Positions 48,078 to 61,219 are shown, counted from the whole stretch's first letter. The stretch is DNA of 62,923 bases, filler included, from Sphacelaria rigidula (GCA_964200075.2; 7 parts of 7 records of this genome joined end to end with filler, not necessarily neighbours in it); one strand, 5' to 3'. Numbers and translations: made by a program. The notes: generated by a model from the letters alone, not told the origin.

Positions 48078-48859
48078 ATGTAGTGGCAACAAGGAAACGG
48101 ATACCGCACGTACGCAATTGACTGTACAGCCAATACTCCGCGTACAAAAGATAGCTCAAAACAGTACTTCGCGACCAGTCGTATCGCGCAAAAATAGTAC
48201 AAGGTGTCGCCATCTTGTTTGTCGCGAGACGTGGGTACGCACCCACACTATCATCCTGCCCAGAAGTGATTCCACCCGCTCTGCCGGACAAACATGACCC
48301 CCCACGAGGCAGCATTCTGATCGACGTCGCAAGTACAGCACAGACGTCCTCGGGAATTTCCTTCCGATCCTCGCTAGAAAGCAGCCACTTGGCTACGTCG
48401 GTAAAATGCAAGTTTCCACATGTGCACAGAGTGCTCACTGTGTGAAGTTTCATGCAGTATATATACGGCACTGAATCTCCCGTCGTTTTTTGCGGACAGC
48501 TCTACATTTTGCGCTTCCAATAAACATGTTTTCATCAGAGAACAATCTTTGGCTGTTGGTCAAAGACTTTCGAAAGTGGTTGGGAATCACTGCCTCTCAA
48601 GGACACCACGTCGCGGCGTATGTAGTCGCGACTTCCCGTCTCATCGAGTGAACAAGGTCTGTAGCATACAAACACGTCACCTGCAACCTCAGTGTTAGAC
48701 GCGGTGCTGATCGTTTTCCTCTTAATTCGACCTTGATTCGGCGATACACTTTGCCATCACATCGCTGTCGAACGAGATGCTTTGCTACCTCACACCTTCT
48801 CTTTTGCTCTTCGAACGTTGGGCCGTCGTCCTGACAATGCATGTATCCCGGACTGCAAG

Positions 48860-49021
48860 GTATCGTCCGCATACCCGTGCCACGGCAAAGGCACAGGGGT
48901 TCTTCTGAGGTACAAGGGTTACTCTTGCACCATCGTGGGGTCGCATTTATTGCCGACTGCTGTTGCAGCCCACAACGCCTCGGTGAAGTTCTCGTCGTTC
49001 GGAGCGGCGAATCCCGTATTC
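48860..49021 (+). CDS. Trypsin-like peptidase domain gene, exon with N-terminal barrel motifs
   Basis: GKGTGVLL...IVGSHLLPTAVAAHNASVKF resembles GTGFLI...LLT.HHVLP....A..A.V.F; donor TTC|gtgagt in phase 0; acceptor (aag) less certain. Possible upstream exon 48264-48400. Confidence 0.65.
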
Positions 49022-49073
49022 GTGAGTGTATGAGTGTATAAGCTGGATTCCCCACTACCTCATTTGTTGCCAC

Positions 49074-49165
49074 GGGGGGGCGTACTCGTTTGTTGCTTGC
49101 CTTAGTCGTTTGACCATTGACCACGCATCACTTCCGAGATGGAGAGGCTCTATCAGGAGAAGAAA
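49074..49165 (-). mobile_element. Poly-C-associated retroposon 3' end, subfamily B (intronic)
   Basis: gggggggcgtactcgtttgttgcttgccttagtcgtttgaccattgaccacgcatc. Confidence 0.65.
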
Positions 49166-49357
49166 ATCGTCGATGTGCTCGCTGCGTATATGTTGCCGTG
49201 TGCATCGTATCATTTTCACGACTGCTCGGCACGAGCGAGGCGTTTGATATGAAGTTGTACCAGTCGAGTCTCGATGGATGGCAAGAACGAACAAGCGCAT
49301 GCGGGACGCAAAATGTTTGCATACATCACGTGCGCTGTGTATTGTTATTCGCCACAG

Positions 49358-50002
49358 GTGACGTTGCGACCGGAGGCTTTATTCGAAATACTTCCGATGA
49401 GCAACAACGGCATCACCCATCCGTTGGTGATCGTGGCCTGCGAACAAAGCAGCCTGCTCCAGACCATCACTCCAGCCACCATCGCGCCACCTGACTACAA
49501 TTGCAAAATTTCGTGCTTCTTGGATACGGGGACCGTACCTCCCCCGCGAAAAACACCGGACAAGGAAGCGGCATGGGATAATAGATTGCCCAGAGTTGAA
49601 GTCTCGGCCCTCGACTCCGGATCACGGTGGGCCCAAGCTCGGCAGCGGGGCGGAGATATTCCGTCAGAGAAACATGCCGATGCGTGGGATTCTTGGCGTA
49701 GACGAGGCGGCGTGATCCCGGGGACTCAGGCTGCGCGAACGCCATTTGATCCGCCCTTAGAAAAACCGTTTAAAATTGCTGTAGACAAAAAAAGTGGAAC
49801 CATTGCAATGGAACTCGTCGTGTATATTCACGGCGGGCGCAAATGTAGTTTTGACCTGGGACTGAAGCGCCGGAGAATTGCAGGGGTGTCGGATGGAGAC
49901 TGCAAGGTGATGGAGGTCACTACAATTGGGAACGGGGCGTTAGACGGGGTGCACGGGGCACCAGTGTTCGTGGGCGGAACGCTGTTTGCGTTCGCGGTTC
50001 AG
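49358..50002 (+). CDS. Trypsin-like peptidase domain gene, 645-nt exon
   Basis: cacag|GTG...CAG|gtttgc, phase 0/0; VTLRPEALF..LVIVAC, VYIHGGRK, DGVHGAPVF (GSSGSPVF equivalent without Ser). Confidence 0.7.
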
Positions 50003-50596
50003 GTTTGCACAGAGGAACGCATGTGGAAGGAACAATGGGTGTAGTTGTCGCGGTAGGCCCGAAACTGATAGCCTGACGGCGTTTCGCAAGGTATTGTGGT
50101 ACATCCATTTTGTTGTGAACTGCCCGATTTATTACGCTACTTTTCACGGTTGGGACGAATCATCCCGACTAAGAATCACCAAATCCACAAGTTTTTCGGC
50201 CTGATTGCCCAAAAGGTAGAAACAAAGTTGACCGCTGGTCCAAGGGGTATCCACGCAACTTTTGCGCCATTCCACGTGTCTGGGCTGCGTGTACCTGGGT
50301 TGCAACGCTGAAACAAAGCCTAGGGATTGGTTGATTCGTACGAGTCGAATCAGTTATACTAAAACCAAGTAATTTCCAGACGAAGCGTTATTTGTCCGAC
50401 CCTTGCTACTTTTCATGAACATGACGGCGCTGCTTCACCCGGAAGCAGCCGAGAAGAGAAGGAAGATATGCCCACGTACAAAGCGTAGCATACCCTCGAG
50501 CCCACTATGGCACAATGCTCTTGGCGCTTTGTTCATGTATTTACGGCGTACGCTAGGGGGGCAACCTATTTCACCCATGCTCTGGAATGATAGAAT

Positions 50597-50703
50597 ACGG
50601 GTGGCCACTTGGGTCCCTGTAACCTCAAATTTGGACCTGACAGACGTTGCACATGTCTGTAACGTCCAAATTTGAGGTTACAGGCACCCAAGTGGCCACC
50701 CGT
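50597..50703. ncRNA. Pre-miRNA-like long hairpin, probably intronic
   Basis: 51-bp stem, 5-nt loop, three symmetric 1x1 mismatches and one G-U; no TSD; single copy in the window. Confidence 0.5.
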
Positions 50704-50895
50704 GAAGGACAGGTTCAGCGCGGTAAGCTCGCAATGGCTCTGGTATGATGCCTAAAATTGTCTGAATTCTGGTAGCTGCATGTATAACGCAGAGTTTACG
50801 GCCTTTACAGACGAGATCGCCGAACGCCGTCCACCCCTCAGGAGCGGGTGGGTCAACCTGTACGCGGCGTTGTGTTCGCATCACATCTACTACAG

Positions 50896-51351
50896 CTTCC
50901 GTCGAGCGACACCACCTCCGTCACCAAACGATCGTATCGGCAGAAGCAAGATTATCGTGAAGCCCTGTACAGCCTTGTCTCACCGTCTGGCAACGAATAC
51001 CGGGGGTCTTCACCAGCGCGGAACACAAGTTCAGGATTCGCGAAGAAGTCAGGTCTAACGGACGCGATGCGTCAGACACAAACACCTTCGACAGGAAAAC
51101 ACGAAACCGATGGTGTTTCAACAGCTTGTCACCGAAGTAACCGTCATCGCGGTAGCGATTTCAGCGAAGGCGCTTTCGCGTCGGTGCCACTAGAAAATGC
51201 GGAATCTCTGCGGAGACAGGAGACCATGAGGGAAGGATCGGATGAGCCTGTTGACACCGTAGTGAAGAGGATGGTGCACGTGTTCCGACACGGTACACCC
51301 GAGGCGTTCGAGTTGGAGGTGGCCAGATTCGGGGAGGATCGACTACGTGAA
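50896..51351 (+). CDS. Probable exon of the same gene (disordered linker plus helical segment)
   Basis: tacag|CTT...GAA|gtacga, 456 nt open, phase 0/0. Confidence 0.55.
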
Positions 51352-52174
51352 GTACGAACCGCTGATGTAGGTAACTCACACAACGATCCAACCGGCCGTA
51401 TTCCGGGGAACGATAGACGGGTGATGCTCAGGAAACCAGAAGCAAGTAAAGCGGTATCCGTTGGCATCCGTTGGAGATATCAGAGCCGCAAACTAGTTCG
51501 TCTACTCTTTGTGACCAGATGACATTTTATCCCCAATGAGTGGGTGGGAGACCGACGTACTTCAGGAAGGGCGCATGGCCTGCAGTAAAGGAACCACGAA
51601 CGGCCACAGGCCCCGCTAAATTGGCAGGCACACTCCGTGACACCGCCATAGCCCTGTGTATACATACTTCAAGGTAGGGAAGATAGGATTAGACGGGACG
51701 CGTCTTCGTCGAGGTAAAACATGTTGGATGCACACCGAACTTCAATGCGGGAATCCGCTAGGTGTTGATCGAGAGTCATCCTACGATAGCGGGAGGGGCA
51801 TATTTGATTGCACGAATAAAGAGGCTCATTGGTGTGTTAGACGACCTGCCACACTCGCGGTGCGCTTGTATTTGATTCAAAACGGTGTCAAGCAGTATGA
51901 ATGAGCGTTATATGTCTATAATAAGCTCGTTCGAACAACCGTTGCTGCTTTCGACGGCGGTTTGATTTGGAATTTCGTGCAAGAAGTGACCTAAAATACC
52001 CCCCCACTCCCCTCTTTCGTAGGATGATTCTCGATACGCGCAGCTTCGCCTGCTTTGCATTGTGAACACCATGGTCACCGAGTGTTCCTCAGTACCTGGT
52101 TTTGGAGTATAGTGACCCGAAATTACTGGTCTGTTCACCCCTGCCGAATCTCCTTTGTATCACCTTCTCATCAG

Positions 52175-52270
52175 GGGGGAAGCCTGGTTCACCTGGCCGC
52201 TATGTCGGAGCAGCTCGCCCCGCTGCACTTTGTACACCAAAGGCTAGCGATGGACGTCGTAGCAGCAGAG
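52175..52270 (+). CDS. Ankyrin-repeat-like exon (32 aa)
   Basis: catcag|GGG...GAG|gtgagg; GGSLVHLAAMSEQLAPLHFVHQRLAMDVVAAE resembles G.(T/S).LH.AA......L......DV.A.(D/E). Confidence 0.7.
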
Positions 52271-53265
52271 GTGAGGATCAAGCGCGACCTGGACGATCAA
52301 AGATGCTCATATTTTTGTTTCAAGTTACAGGCGTGGCAGCTGGCTATTCGCCATGTTGTGGGATGTCACCATTCGAGCGTTCCTTTATCTTTCATGCCCC
52401 ATCTTTCCCACCTCGTAAACCGCTACCCCTTGTCCCTGTATTCGCGACCCCGCATCATTTCCAACACCAAAGGCGGAGCGTTCTGGAAACACCGCGTTGC
52501 ATATGGCGGCTTACGCCGGCCGTGTCGGGACCTTGGAATATCTTGTCTCCCAGGTGATGGAGAAATACATTTATGAAAGGTGTCTAAAAAAGAAGAAATG
52601 ATCTAAAGAAAAAGAAGATGTAGTGGTAGCTTTACCGCAAAGCTTTCGATCCACAAGGTTTGTTGTCACAAGACGCGAATTGGTTTAAAAAGCGGTACAT
52701 ACCCCCACCCTCGTTAAACCAATACTGCTGCTGCGCGTAGAATATTCAGTATTTCAAAGCAATGCTACGGCAGGGGTTGCACGTTTTGTTTCTGGGTCTC
52801 TTTCGTGTAGGAGCTCAAATATATGGGACTCTTTGTACGATAGTACCCCCCCCCCCCCCAAGAAAAAAGGGTGCCTGGGTTTGGGTAGGCAAAATCTTCA
52901 CGTAATTTTCACGCTTGGGTTCGTTCTTGCCAATGTCGCCTGTATAAGGCGCTTCATGCAGTCTGAACCCAAACATCAGGCGCTGTATATCCGTTTTTCT
53001 CGTGACACGTTTGGGCTGGTTTTGGAGGGGGGGTCTATCGTGACAAGTGTCATGGGGTTTACTGTGCAACCCAAATCTCTTGGGACCGGACTCCCAGAAA
53101 ATTTGTGTTGGTACGCAGGGGCTTTTTCATGAATCGGCATCATTTTCAGTCTTCTTCTAATAAAAATGATGCCGGTTTTCAAAATGATCCGTCCAACACC
53201 CCAAGCAGTCCCGAGAAAGGTTTTTGCCAGAAACGTGCAACCCCTACAGTAGCATTGCTCTTCAG

Positions 53266-53453
53266 GCAACATGTGCCTTACGCCTCGCCCTTTTCGAGAC
53301 TGTGAAATGGCGGTTTCGAGGATGTCCGGGCGAAGCGGAGTATTCGCTAAAGACTCGAGCAAAAGGGTACGACGAAATCCTCAGAATGTCATTGGCGCGG
53401 GGCACCGGGCCAAGAATCATTCCTTTGCTTCATTACGGCATTTTACGTGTACG
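53266..53453 (+). CDS. Possible further exon, weakly ankyrin-like
   Basis: cttcag|GCA...CG|gtaaga, phase 0 entry; AKGYDEILRMSLARG. Confidence 0.4.
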
Positions 53454-53584
53454 GTAAGAAGATCCAAATGTTTGAGTGCCACCACTTGTAACCATCACCG
53501 CGCCAGGGGCGAACACCGCGCTCTCACGTGTTTTAGTTTAGGAAATCACCTGAACGGGAATGTGGCTTGCATTTCCCCTGTAGC

Positions 53585-53918
53585 GTCCCATCTATTCTGG
53601 ACGCCGGTCTACACCTTTCGGTATATGTGGGCGCATCAGCCGGAGTCACACAGGAGGAAGGCCAATGGAGAATTTTCCAGTTTTTTAGTTCTCCACCCTC
53701 CTTTTGCGGTGCTTGCCTTCGTTGTTTATCGCGAGAGGGGCTCAGCAGTCCCTTTCCCTCGTCGACCGTTGAGTCGAATTTCGTGTACCCAGGAGATAGT
53801 CGCTATCCACTGTTGGGCATGGAGTTAGAAAAAAGCCCAGATTGCTCCGAGATTTGAACCCACGACCCAACCGTCAGAAGGGTCCGAGGTTACCAACTGA
53901 GCCACCGGGGTGACCGGC
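53585..53918 (-). mobile_element. tRNA-derived SINE, near full length
   Basis: Minus head gccggtcaccccggtggctcagttgg ... ggttcaaatc; body matches 36015-36367. Confidence 0.85.
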
Positions 53919-53920
53919 TT

Positions 53921-54020
53921 NNNNNNNNNNNNNNNNNNNNNNNNNNNNNNNNNNNNNNNNNNNNTTAATTAATTAANNNNNNNNNNNNNNNNNNNNNNNN
54001 NNNNNNNNNNNNNNNNNNNN
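53921..54020. other. Artificial contig linker
   Basis: N44-TTAATTAATTAA-N44. Confidence 0.98.
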
Positions 54021-54203
54021 AACCTGTTCGCGCGCACAAGGGAAACTCCTGGCCCCCTGTCAACCTGTTCGAAAACATATGGGAGACCCTGGCTCCCTGT
54101 CAACCTGTTCGAAAATATATGGGAAATCCTGGATCTCTGTCAACCTGTTCGCGCGCACAAGGGAAACTCCTGGCCCCCTGTCAACCTGTTCGAAAACACA
54201 GGG
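54021..54203. repeat. 40-41-bp tandem repeat (about 4.5 units)
   Basis: gtcaacctgttcg core at 54059, 54099, 54139, 54180; two unit variants. Confidence 0.9.
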
Positions 54204-54540
54204 TCTTGACATCTTCAGCCTTCGTCCTCGCCTATTTTCCTGTATGCAATAAAATCCTGCTTGTTCGCTATATGGTGCAAGCATATATATATATGCAAGC
54301 ATATATATATATGTGTATATACATATATATATATATGACTCATACAACTTTCTCGTTCATCCATTCGATGTCCGGCTTGTATGTTAGCAACTTGCATAGT
54401 CTCCGCGGTAAACACACGAGTCGTTCATTACAAGCCAACAACACTTTTATCAGATTATTTTCTGTATAAATCTCGGCAAATGAATGTGTGGTGTGTGGAA
54501 CCCCTGGACTCTCAAGACCAGAAGAATGTAGTCCTGCCCC

Positions 54541-54724
54541 GCGGACGGTCATAGCGCGCACAGGTGGACGGTCATCTTCGACTTTATTGTCGGCGCACGC
54601 ACATGTGGACGGTCATAGCGCGCAGACAGGTAGACGGTCATCTTCGAATTGATTGTCGGAGCACGCGCATGTAGACGGTCATCTTTGAATGGATTGTCAG
54701 AGGGTGCACAAGCAGACGGTCAAC
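54541..54724. repeat. Compound tandem array anchored on gacggtca
   Basis: Six gacggtca motifs with alternating short and long related spacers. Confidence 0.8.
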
Positions 54725-55989
54725 GGGAACTGAGGGAACATCCGTCTGGTGGCCTCATGCAAACACATTAGCATGCAGCTTCACTCATTGCCGCTCAATC
54801 GTTGTGGATCTGGGTTGATTGTCACACTCATGAGTAGCTACATAGAAATCGGCAGGCGGGCACCAACAATATTTTTGACGAGCAACTGTTGCAGGCTTCA
54901 TGCAGTCCTGTGACGCACCGCTGCGGGTGATATTAATCAAATAATGCTATGTTCAACAGTGGACCTGGAAACACCCACCCACATATTCGCTGTCGAAATG
55001 TAAGCTAGAAGTACATGGTTGGGTTTGATCTCTTAGAATCGAGACAACTTCACATAACTCTCCATTCGTTTTACGCATGCATGGCTCGTTTATACTCTTC
55101 GAAGATATCTACCAAGGGCGTAAACGATCAAACACGGGGACCACGGGGAGATTTCATCCATTTTCCATGACAAAATAGCATTTCGAGCATTAATGATTTG
55201 CCCCCCCTGACCAGGGGGTAGGGTGAATACCTCATGTTTCGTTCATTCAAGCCTCGCAATTTATGTTCACGGCTAATCGGTACCGTGCCTGGTGGCATGT
55301 ATGCAGACAGTATGACATTACGGTTAGACAAGTACGTTAAAAATCCATAACTTTCCTTTATGTTACGAACAACGGTCTTTTCTAGCTTCAAAAAAATTAA
55401 TTCTTGTACACACATAACCTTTCTGTTGATTTGTGTTCATCTGATACAAAACAATAAAGTCTACGAGTAGTTGGCTCACCACATTAGCCCATTCTGTGAA
55501 CCTAAACTTTATCATTGTACTGAGGATTTCGGTGAACAAACTAAAGCCACGTGATAACATACTGAGTGAGCCTCAATAAACCCCCTCAACCTCTGTGCTT
55601 CTACATTCAGACAAATCTCAAACCAACAAGAAGAGCTCAGAAAAACAAGCACACACACACATATATATATAACGTCACTCGTTTCTACAATTACTTCAAA
55701 CATCACTCCCCAGCATCAGTCTCCTACTCCAATTGCAGTCTGCGTCTCATCAACACAATGAATTACCAAACAATATCCATAATAAACAGAGAAAACATTC
55801 CAACTGACAAAAGTAGATTAGACAGAACATTTCATCGTTCTCCCAGTGCAGCTTCGTCTCCATCTTGTTGTTATGTACCAATGCCAAACCACTCCCAATC
55901 ATCTGTAATCTTCGGATGATCGCCTTCAAATCAGATGGTGGTAGATGTCCTCCTCCAGTGCTCCCAGCTATCACGTACGCGCGAAGAAT

Positions 55990-58900
55990 TTCGAAATCCC
56001 ACGCTGCACATGGTAATGCCAGCACCAATCCTCCACCCGGTTTCACGGGGTGTTCAAGTTTTCCGAGAAAAGATTAACGTTGTACCTTCACCCGAGATCC
56101 AACATCCTCAAAGTGTGCGGGCGCCTTTGTAACGCCGCATCCTCCAAAAGACCCATCACCTGGGCCAGCTGCCACCCTGTCGTCTGGCTTCGATAATAAA
56201 TATAAAATCCAACAAGTTGCGGGTCATACACATGAGGACCAGCAGTGACATTGCTTCTCAACTCATAGCCTTGAGCCACAAAAATTTCCCCACGTTCCTG
56301 AGCCTCAGCACGCCTTGCCAAATTCACACGATATTTTCGATACTTGGAAATGTCTGGCTGCTCCATGATAGGATTCCCCATCCAGTACGTCAAAACCACC
56401 CTGCCATGTTGTTTTACATCCTCCTCATGCTCCCACCTGAACCTATCCAATTTTTCCGAATATAGTAAATATTGTACTGAGAGTTTTCGACCCAAGCCAC
56501 GGGATAAACGGTGACTCACAATTTTGGTGGGTTTCAGCCTGTAGGTGTCCAACTCCATCGACACATCCTCCTCTGTTAGATGTAACGGAGGTGACAATTC
56601 CGAATATTGATTCAACACATATTGACTCAAATCCCAGGGCAAAGACTTCGGCGGCTCCGGTTCATCTTTTGGATAAAAACACCGTTTGCATCTCAACACA
56701 AAAACTCGGGGACTCATACCCGCCCCAGGCTCATTTTTCCAGAGTTCAAGCAACAGTAGTTTTTCTCCCACTATCTCGCCTTTTCCCGAAATACCCGGTC
56801 CTACCACCAAAATCTTATACGGTCCTCTCCAGGAATGCGACAGGTTAGATGATAAAGCTGTTTTTCCTCCTTCGCGTACCGCATTTCCACCCGACAGGAG
56901 AGTACCCTTGATATCATACACAAAAACCCAGTTCCCTACTTCCCACTTTGGCCTTTCATTTAGAGATTCTTCCACCTGCTCATCATTCGACTCGTGTTTA
57001 GATGTAAACAGATAGTCCTCTTGTCTCACAAGATCGTATGCTTTGGTTTGACGATCCTTCATCAGCTGCAAATATTCCAGTTGGTCTGCCTCCAATCCTT
57101 GGTGTCCCAACACACCCCTTCTTTCAAGGATGGTCATGGGTATAACCTTGGATATCTCCCAATATGCACCTCATTCGGCGCTAACCCTATTCCTCCACTT
57201 ACATAATTATTGTGTGCAGAAATTGCGTCTAACAGAAGCTTATCCCAGTCTTTCTGGTCATTAGCCACCAGGTACGACAACATCTGACATGACGTATGGT
57301 TGAGTCTCTCTACCATCCCATTCGTTTGTGGGTGATACGCACTGGTGTATCTTTTCACTGCTCCCAACATCTCATAGACAATCCTTGCTACTTTTGCCGT
57401 AAATACAGTGCCTCGATCCGACAGTAATGTGTGAGGGCATCCTCGTCTTGGGATATAATCATGCGCTAAAATATTTGCACAACCCTCCGCTGTCTTCTCT
57501 TCTTTGGTAAGAGCATAAGCTTCTGCGTGCCTACTGAATAGATCAACCATTAACATAATGTAGGTATTTCCTCTCGTTGATTTCGGCAACGGACCCAACA
57601 GATCGAACGAAACCATCTGCCCTGGTTGACTCGGTAGTGGTGAGGAAATAAGTGGCCACCTCACTGTTTGTCTTGGACTTTTCCGAGCTTGGCATGTATA
57701 ACATCGCCCAACCCGGAATTTTACACCATCCTTCATTCCTATCCACCAGTAGAATCGTTTCAACAAAGATAACGTGATACCTTCCCCCAAATGAATAGCT
57801 TCTTCGTGAGTTTGATCCATCACCCAAGGTCTCAACAGCAGTGGCACATACGTCCTAGTTGACTCTTCTCCCAAGTACCTCTCGCATTGTCCCGGATTTC
57901 GGTCCACTTGACTAGGCATCGGCGTCTGCTTTTTAACCAGCATTAGATTTCCGTCCGATAGTTTCAACAATATCCCTTGTTTCAACAATCTGTTGAACTC
58001 GGATAGGTCAATTCTCGTAGAGATCCCCTTTTCTTGATCTTTATTCAACTCCGTCACTCGCATTTTCTAGTATTCGATGACAGTTCTTGACGTGAGATCT
58101 TCCTGTTGTACTCGAGCCCAATCTTTTGCCGATTTCTGGCATAACTTTCCCCCAAAATTACAAGCTTCTTCTGCTTCTAAAGTTGGTGATACCGCTAAGT
58201 TCGGCCCCACACTACTGCTTTCTATTTCGGTTGTGGGTTCGATTACTGACACGGCTCTGTGTTTCTGAGGCTGTAGCAATCTTCTCTCTACTTCCGTGAT
58301 CGGACATGCATCCAAGGTTAAGCCCTGGTCCCGTTGCTCTCCGATCATGTTCCTACGATGGGGATAAATCAATGGAGAGCCATCCGGTACTACATGCGGA
58401 GACTTGTCCACTATCTTCCCTCGTATTCTACTTGCATCACTATTACCCTTCACTCTTTACAGCTTTGTCCATTGTTGGTCAGCTTTTTCTGAGGTCGTGA
58501 GCGGTGCTATACCTACTTCTTTTTCCCTCATTTCAAAACTCCCTCCAGGGTCCAGCCCATTCAAGTTTGAACCGTGGGTACTCACTACAAACCTTATACG
58601 TCCGTTCCTAGCCGAGTTTTTAAAAGTTCTCGGCCATATCCCTCCAACGTCAATAAAATAGACATCCATGTCTTCCAGATCCGTAATATGAGCATCCCTC
58701 GAAATATCAGCACCACTCGACTGCTCTGGTAGACGACACAACAACATATCAGCATTCGCATTAACCCGCCCTGGTTTGTACATGGTTTTGTAAGTGTACG
58801 CACTGAGGAAGTCATGCTAACGCTGAACTTGCGGAACCTTTTCTGCTAGGTTCAACAAATTTCGCAAAGGTTGATGATCAGTATATATTTCGAACGGAAC

Positions 58901-59470
58901 ACCATAGATAAGTGGCCTGTTTTTTTCATGGCCCATACAATAGCCGCTGCCTCTAATTCGGACACACAAATTTCTCTCGTTGGGGAACGGTCCACTACTT
59001 AGAAAAACTAAAGGTCGAACCGTATTATCCTCTTGCCGTTGTTCCACCACCGCGCCCAGACCATCTAGTGATGCATCCGTGGTAAGCATAAACGATCGTC
59101 TCCCTGAAGCCGCAGTTTCATAATTTTGAAATGCTAAAACATTCGCACATGTCAAGGATGATAACTGAAAAGGAAACCCTTTCTTCAGCAATTGCGTCAG
59201 AGGTTTGAGTCTTGCAGCCATCCGCGGAATGAATTTACGGTAGTACTCCAAACCTTCCAACAACGATCTGAGCTGAGATACATCAGACAGCATTGGCATC
59301 TCAGTGAGAGCCAGTACCTTCTCCTGATTTGGAGAAATCCCTTCAGCGGAGATACGATGCCCTAAAAAAATAGTTTCTCCCGTTCCCATATGTGCCTTTC
59401 TCAGGGCTAACTTCAAGTTGTACTTGGTTAGTCGTTGAAAAAGACCTTCCAAGTCCTCTACATGTTGTCA
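55990..59470 (-). mobile_element. Ty3/Gypsy (chromovirus-like) pol: RT end, RNase H, integrase, chromodomain; frameshifted
   Basis: FLGHRIS, YYRKFIP, LTTDAS..GLGAV, IYTDHQPL, YKPG..NANAD, HHCC (H...HLG...YWW...C..CQ), DDE (FDLLGPLP, SDRG, NGMVERLN), chromodomain KIVSHR...QYL...RWE.EED. Confidence 0.95.
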
Positions 59471-61219
59471 ACAGTAGTGCGCGGGAGAAGGCTGGTAGAG
59501 AGTCGGCTTCCCTCGCTCCTGTGCGAACCGGTAGTGATGTGCCCGCTACCTCAGGCCATGTTGATGTTGATGCTGATTTAACTTCACGATTGCCAAGTTA
59601 TGTGACTGAAATGCTGTTCAATAATCGTACGCAGTCATCCAGGGGTGAGGTTGTGGGGCAAATTGATAATCAGTTGCCGTTATCCAGAAACCAGAACCAG
59701 AGAGTTAAGAGTGCAGTCATGCGCAGTGGAATGCATTCAACCTCGAGTTCAACATTTCGTGACTCTGTGACCCCGCTCCCCGTGTCAGGAGTGGAACGAG
59801 GTAGTTTGCAGTCATATGCGTCAGGCGTGATTCAACAGATTGTGATTCTCCATAAAACGGAAGCACAGTTGAGGTCTGTCTTATCCGAGATTGAACTTGG
59901 CGATACTTCCCGGAAGGACACTGCATGTATAAGTAACGAACAATTGCGATCTCCTGAACAACAGTATCGGACAGGATTTGAGGAGCCACCTGCAGGGGAA
60001 CATCTGGAGAATAGAAAACCAGTGGCCGTTCAACCGGTTGACAACTCCGAGCAACAATATGTACACTCATCTGTGTTACATGCTACTGGTGCAATTCCTT
60101 CCCGTGTAGACAACGGAAAAGGAATCGAGGTCAAAGGCAAGAGCCCGGAACCGTCGGTTGAGGGACTGCCTGGGGTCAATATACCTCACAACTCGCACCA
60201 GGCGGAGGAGACGACGGCTCCGGTCTCTAAGACCGTTGAGGTAACGCACCCTAGTGCAGGTGTAGATATTGTTGGGGCAACCTCGTCGACCGACGCTATT
60301 AGAGTGGATCGGTCAAGTTCAGTTGAGACGGACGCGGTAGAAAACTTGAGTCAAATGCTTGGCTCACTGTCATATGTGGATCGTTGCCGTGTGATGGGCA
60401 TTGAACCGGACGATGAAAACCGTCCTTGTGCGACAGTTGCGGCACCAGGAGGGGTTTACAACCCCATCTCGTCTATCATCAATAAACCGTCACTACAACG
60501 CTTAGAAGTTGAGTCAGAGGTGTTGTTACCCAAAGTGGATGCTACGAAAGTAGATGTAACAGAAGGTGGTACCTCGCGTTCAAAGATTCTTGTTGCTAGC
60601 GAGGGAGTTAGCCCTCCACCTTTGCGAATGTCGCAAAGTCATTTCACAACTTTGTACTCTCCCGAGAGTTCAGATACCAGTGGGGATGAGGTTTTAGCTT
60701 GTGAGCTGTATCGCACAGAACTGAAAGAAGCTGTTTCGCGCAAGAACCGTGACACTGAAATTTTGAAATTTGACGAGGCTCTAGCGAGAAGTCTGGTCGA
60801 AGTAGATAACATGACAAGTAAGGATATTCCTGCGGATTGGCACCAGGTACAAAAGAAGACTAGGTCATACGCAAAGGTGGCTAGGAAGAATCCTTCCTAT
60901 AAAAAGGAAACGATCAATCCTCCTGCGTCCCCAACAATCATGTCTCGCGCATATGTGTCCCAGAATGCCCGAGCCAAGATGGGTGAAGGAGCTAGACACT
61001 TTACATCGAAAAAGGCGGGACTGGACCGCATTTTAGATGAGAAAGCGACAGTGGCCCACGAATTAGAAGAAGCCAGGGAGAAACTGAAATTGCTAGAGGC
61101 ACATCATCGGCAGTTGGATGACTCTGTGACGATAGAAGAGGCAGTGGTCAATCAGGCCCGCAAAGACAGGGAAGCAACAGCTTTCAAGTACATGGCGCAG
61201 GCCAAAATTCTTCCGAAAA
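59471..61219 (+). CDS. Orphan open frame (~583 codons), Ser/Val/Glu-rich with a C-terminal coiled coil; truncated at both ends
   Basis: No stop for 1.75 kb; the ORF-track start lies in antisense Gypsy RT and the stop is supplied by the Helitron fragment. No family recognised. Confidence 0.55.

Noticed and set aside
54021..54203. CRISPR-like periodic repeat
   Set aside because: The spacers are related to each other or duplicated, there are no cas genes, and the context is eukaryotic.
59392..59470. Start of the 614-aa ORF as a real N-terminus
   Set aside because: This part is the antisense of Gypsy RT; the start is fortuitous.
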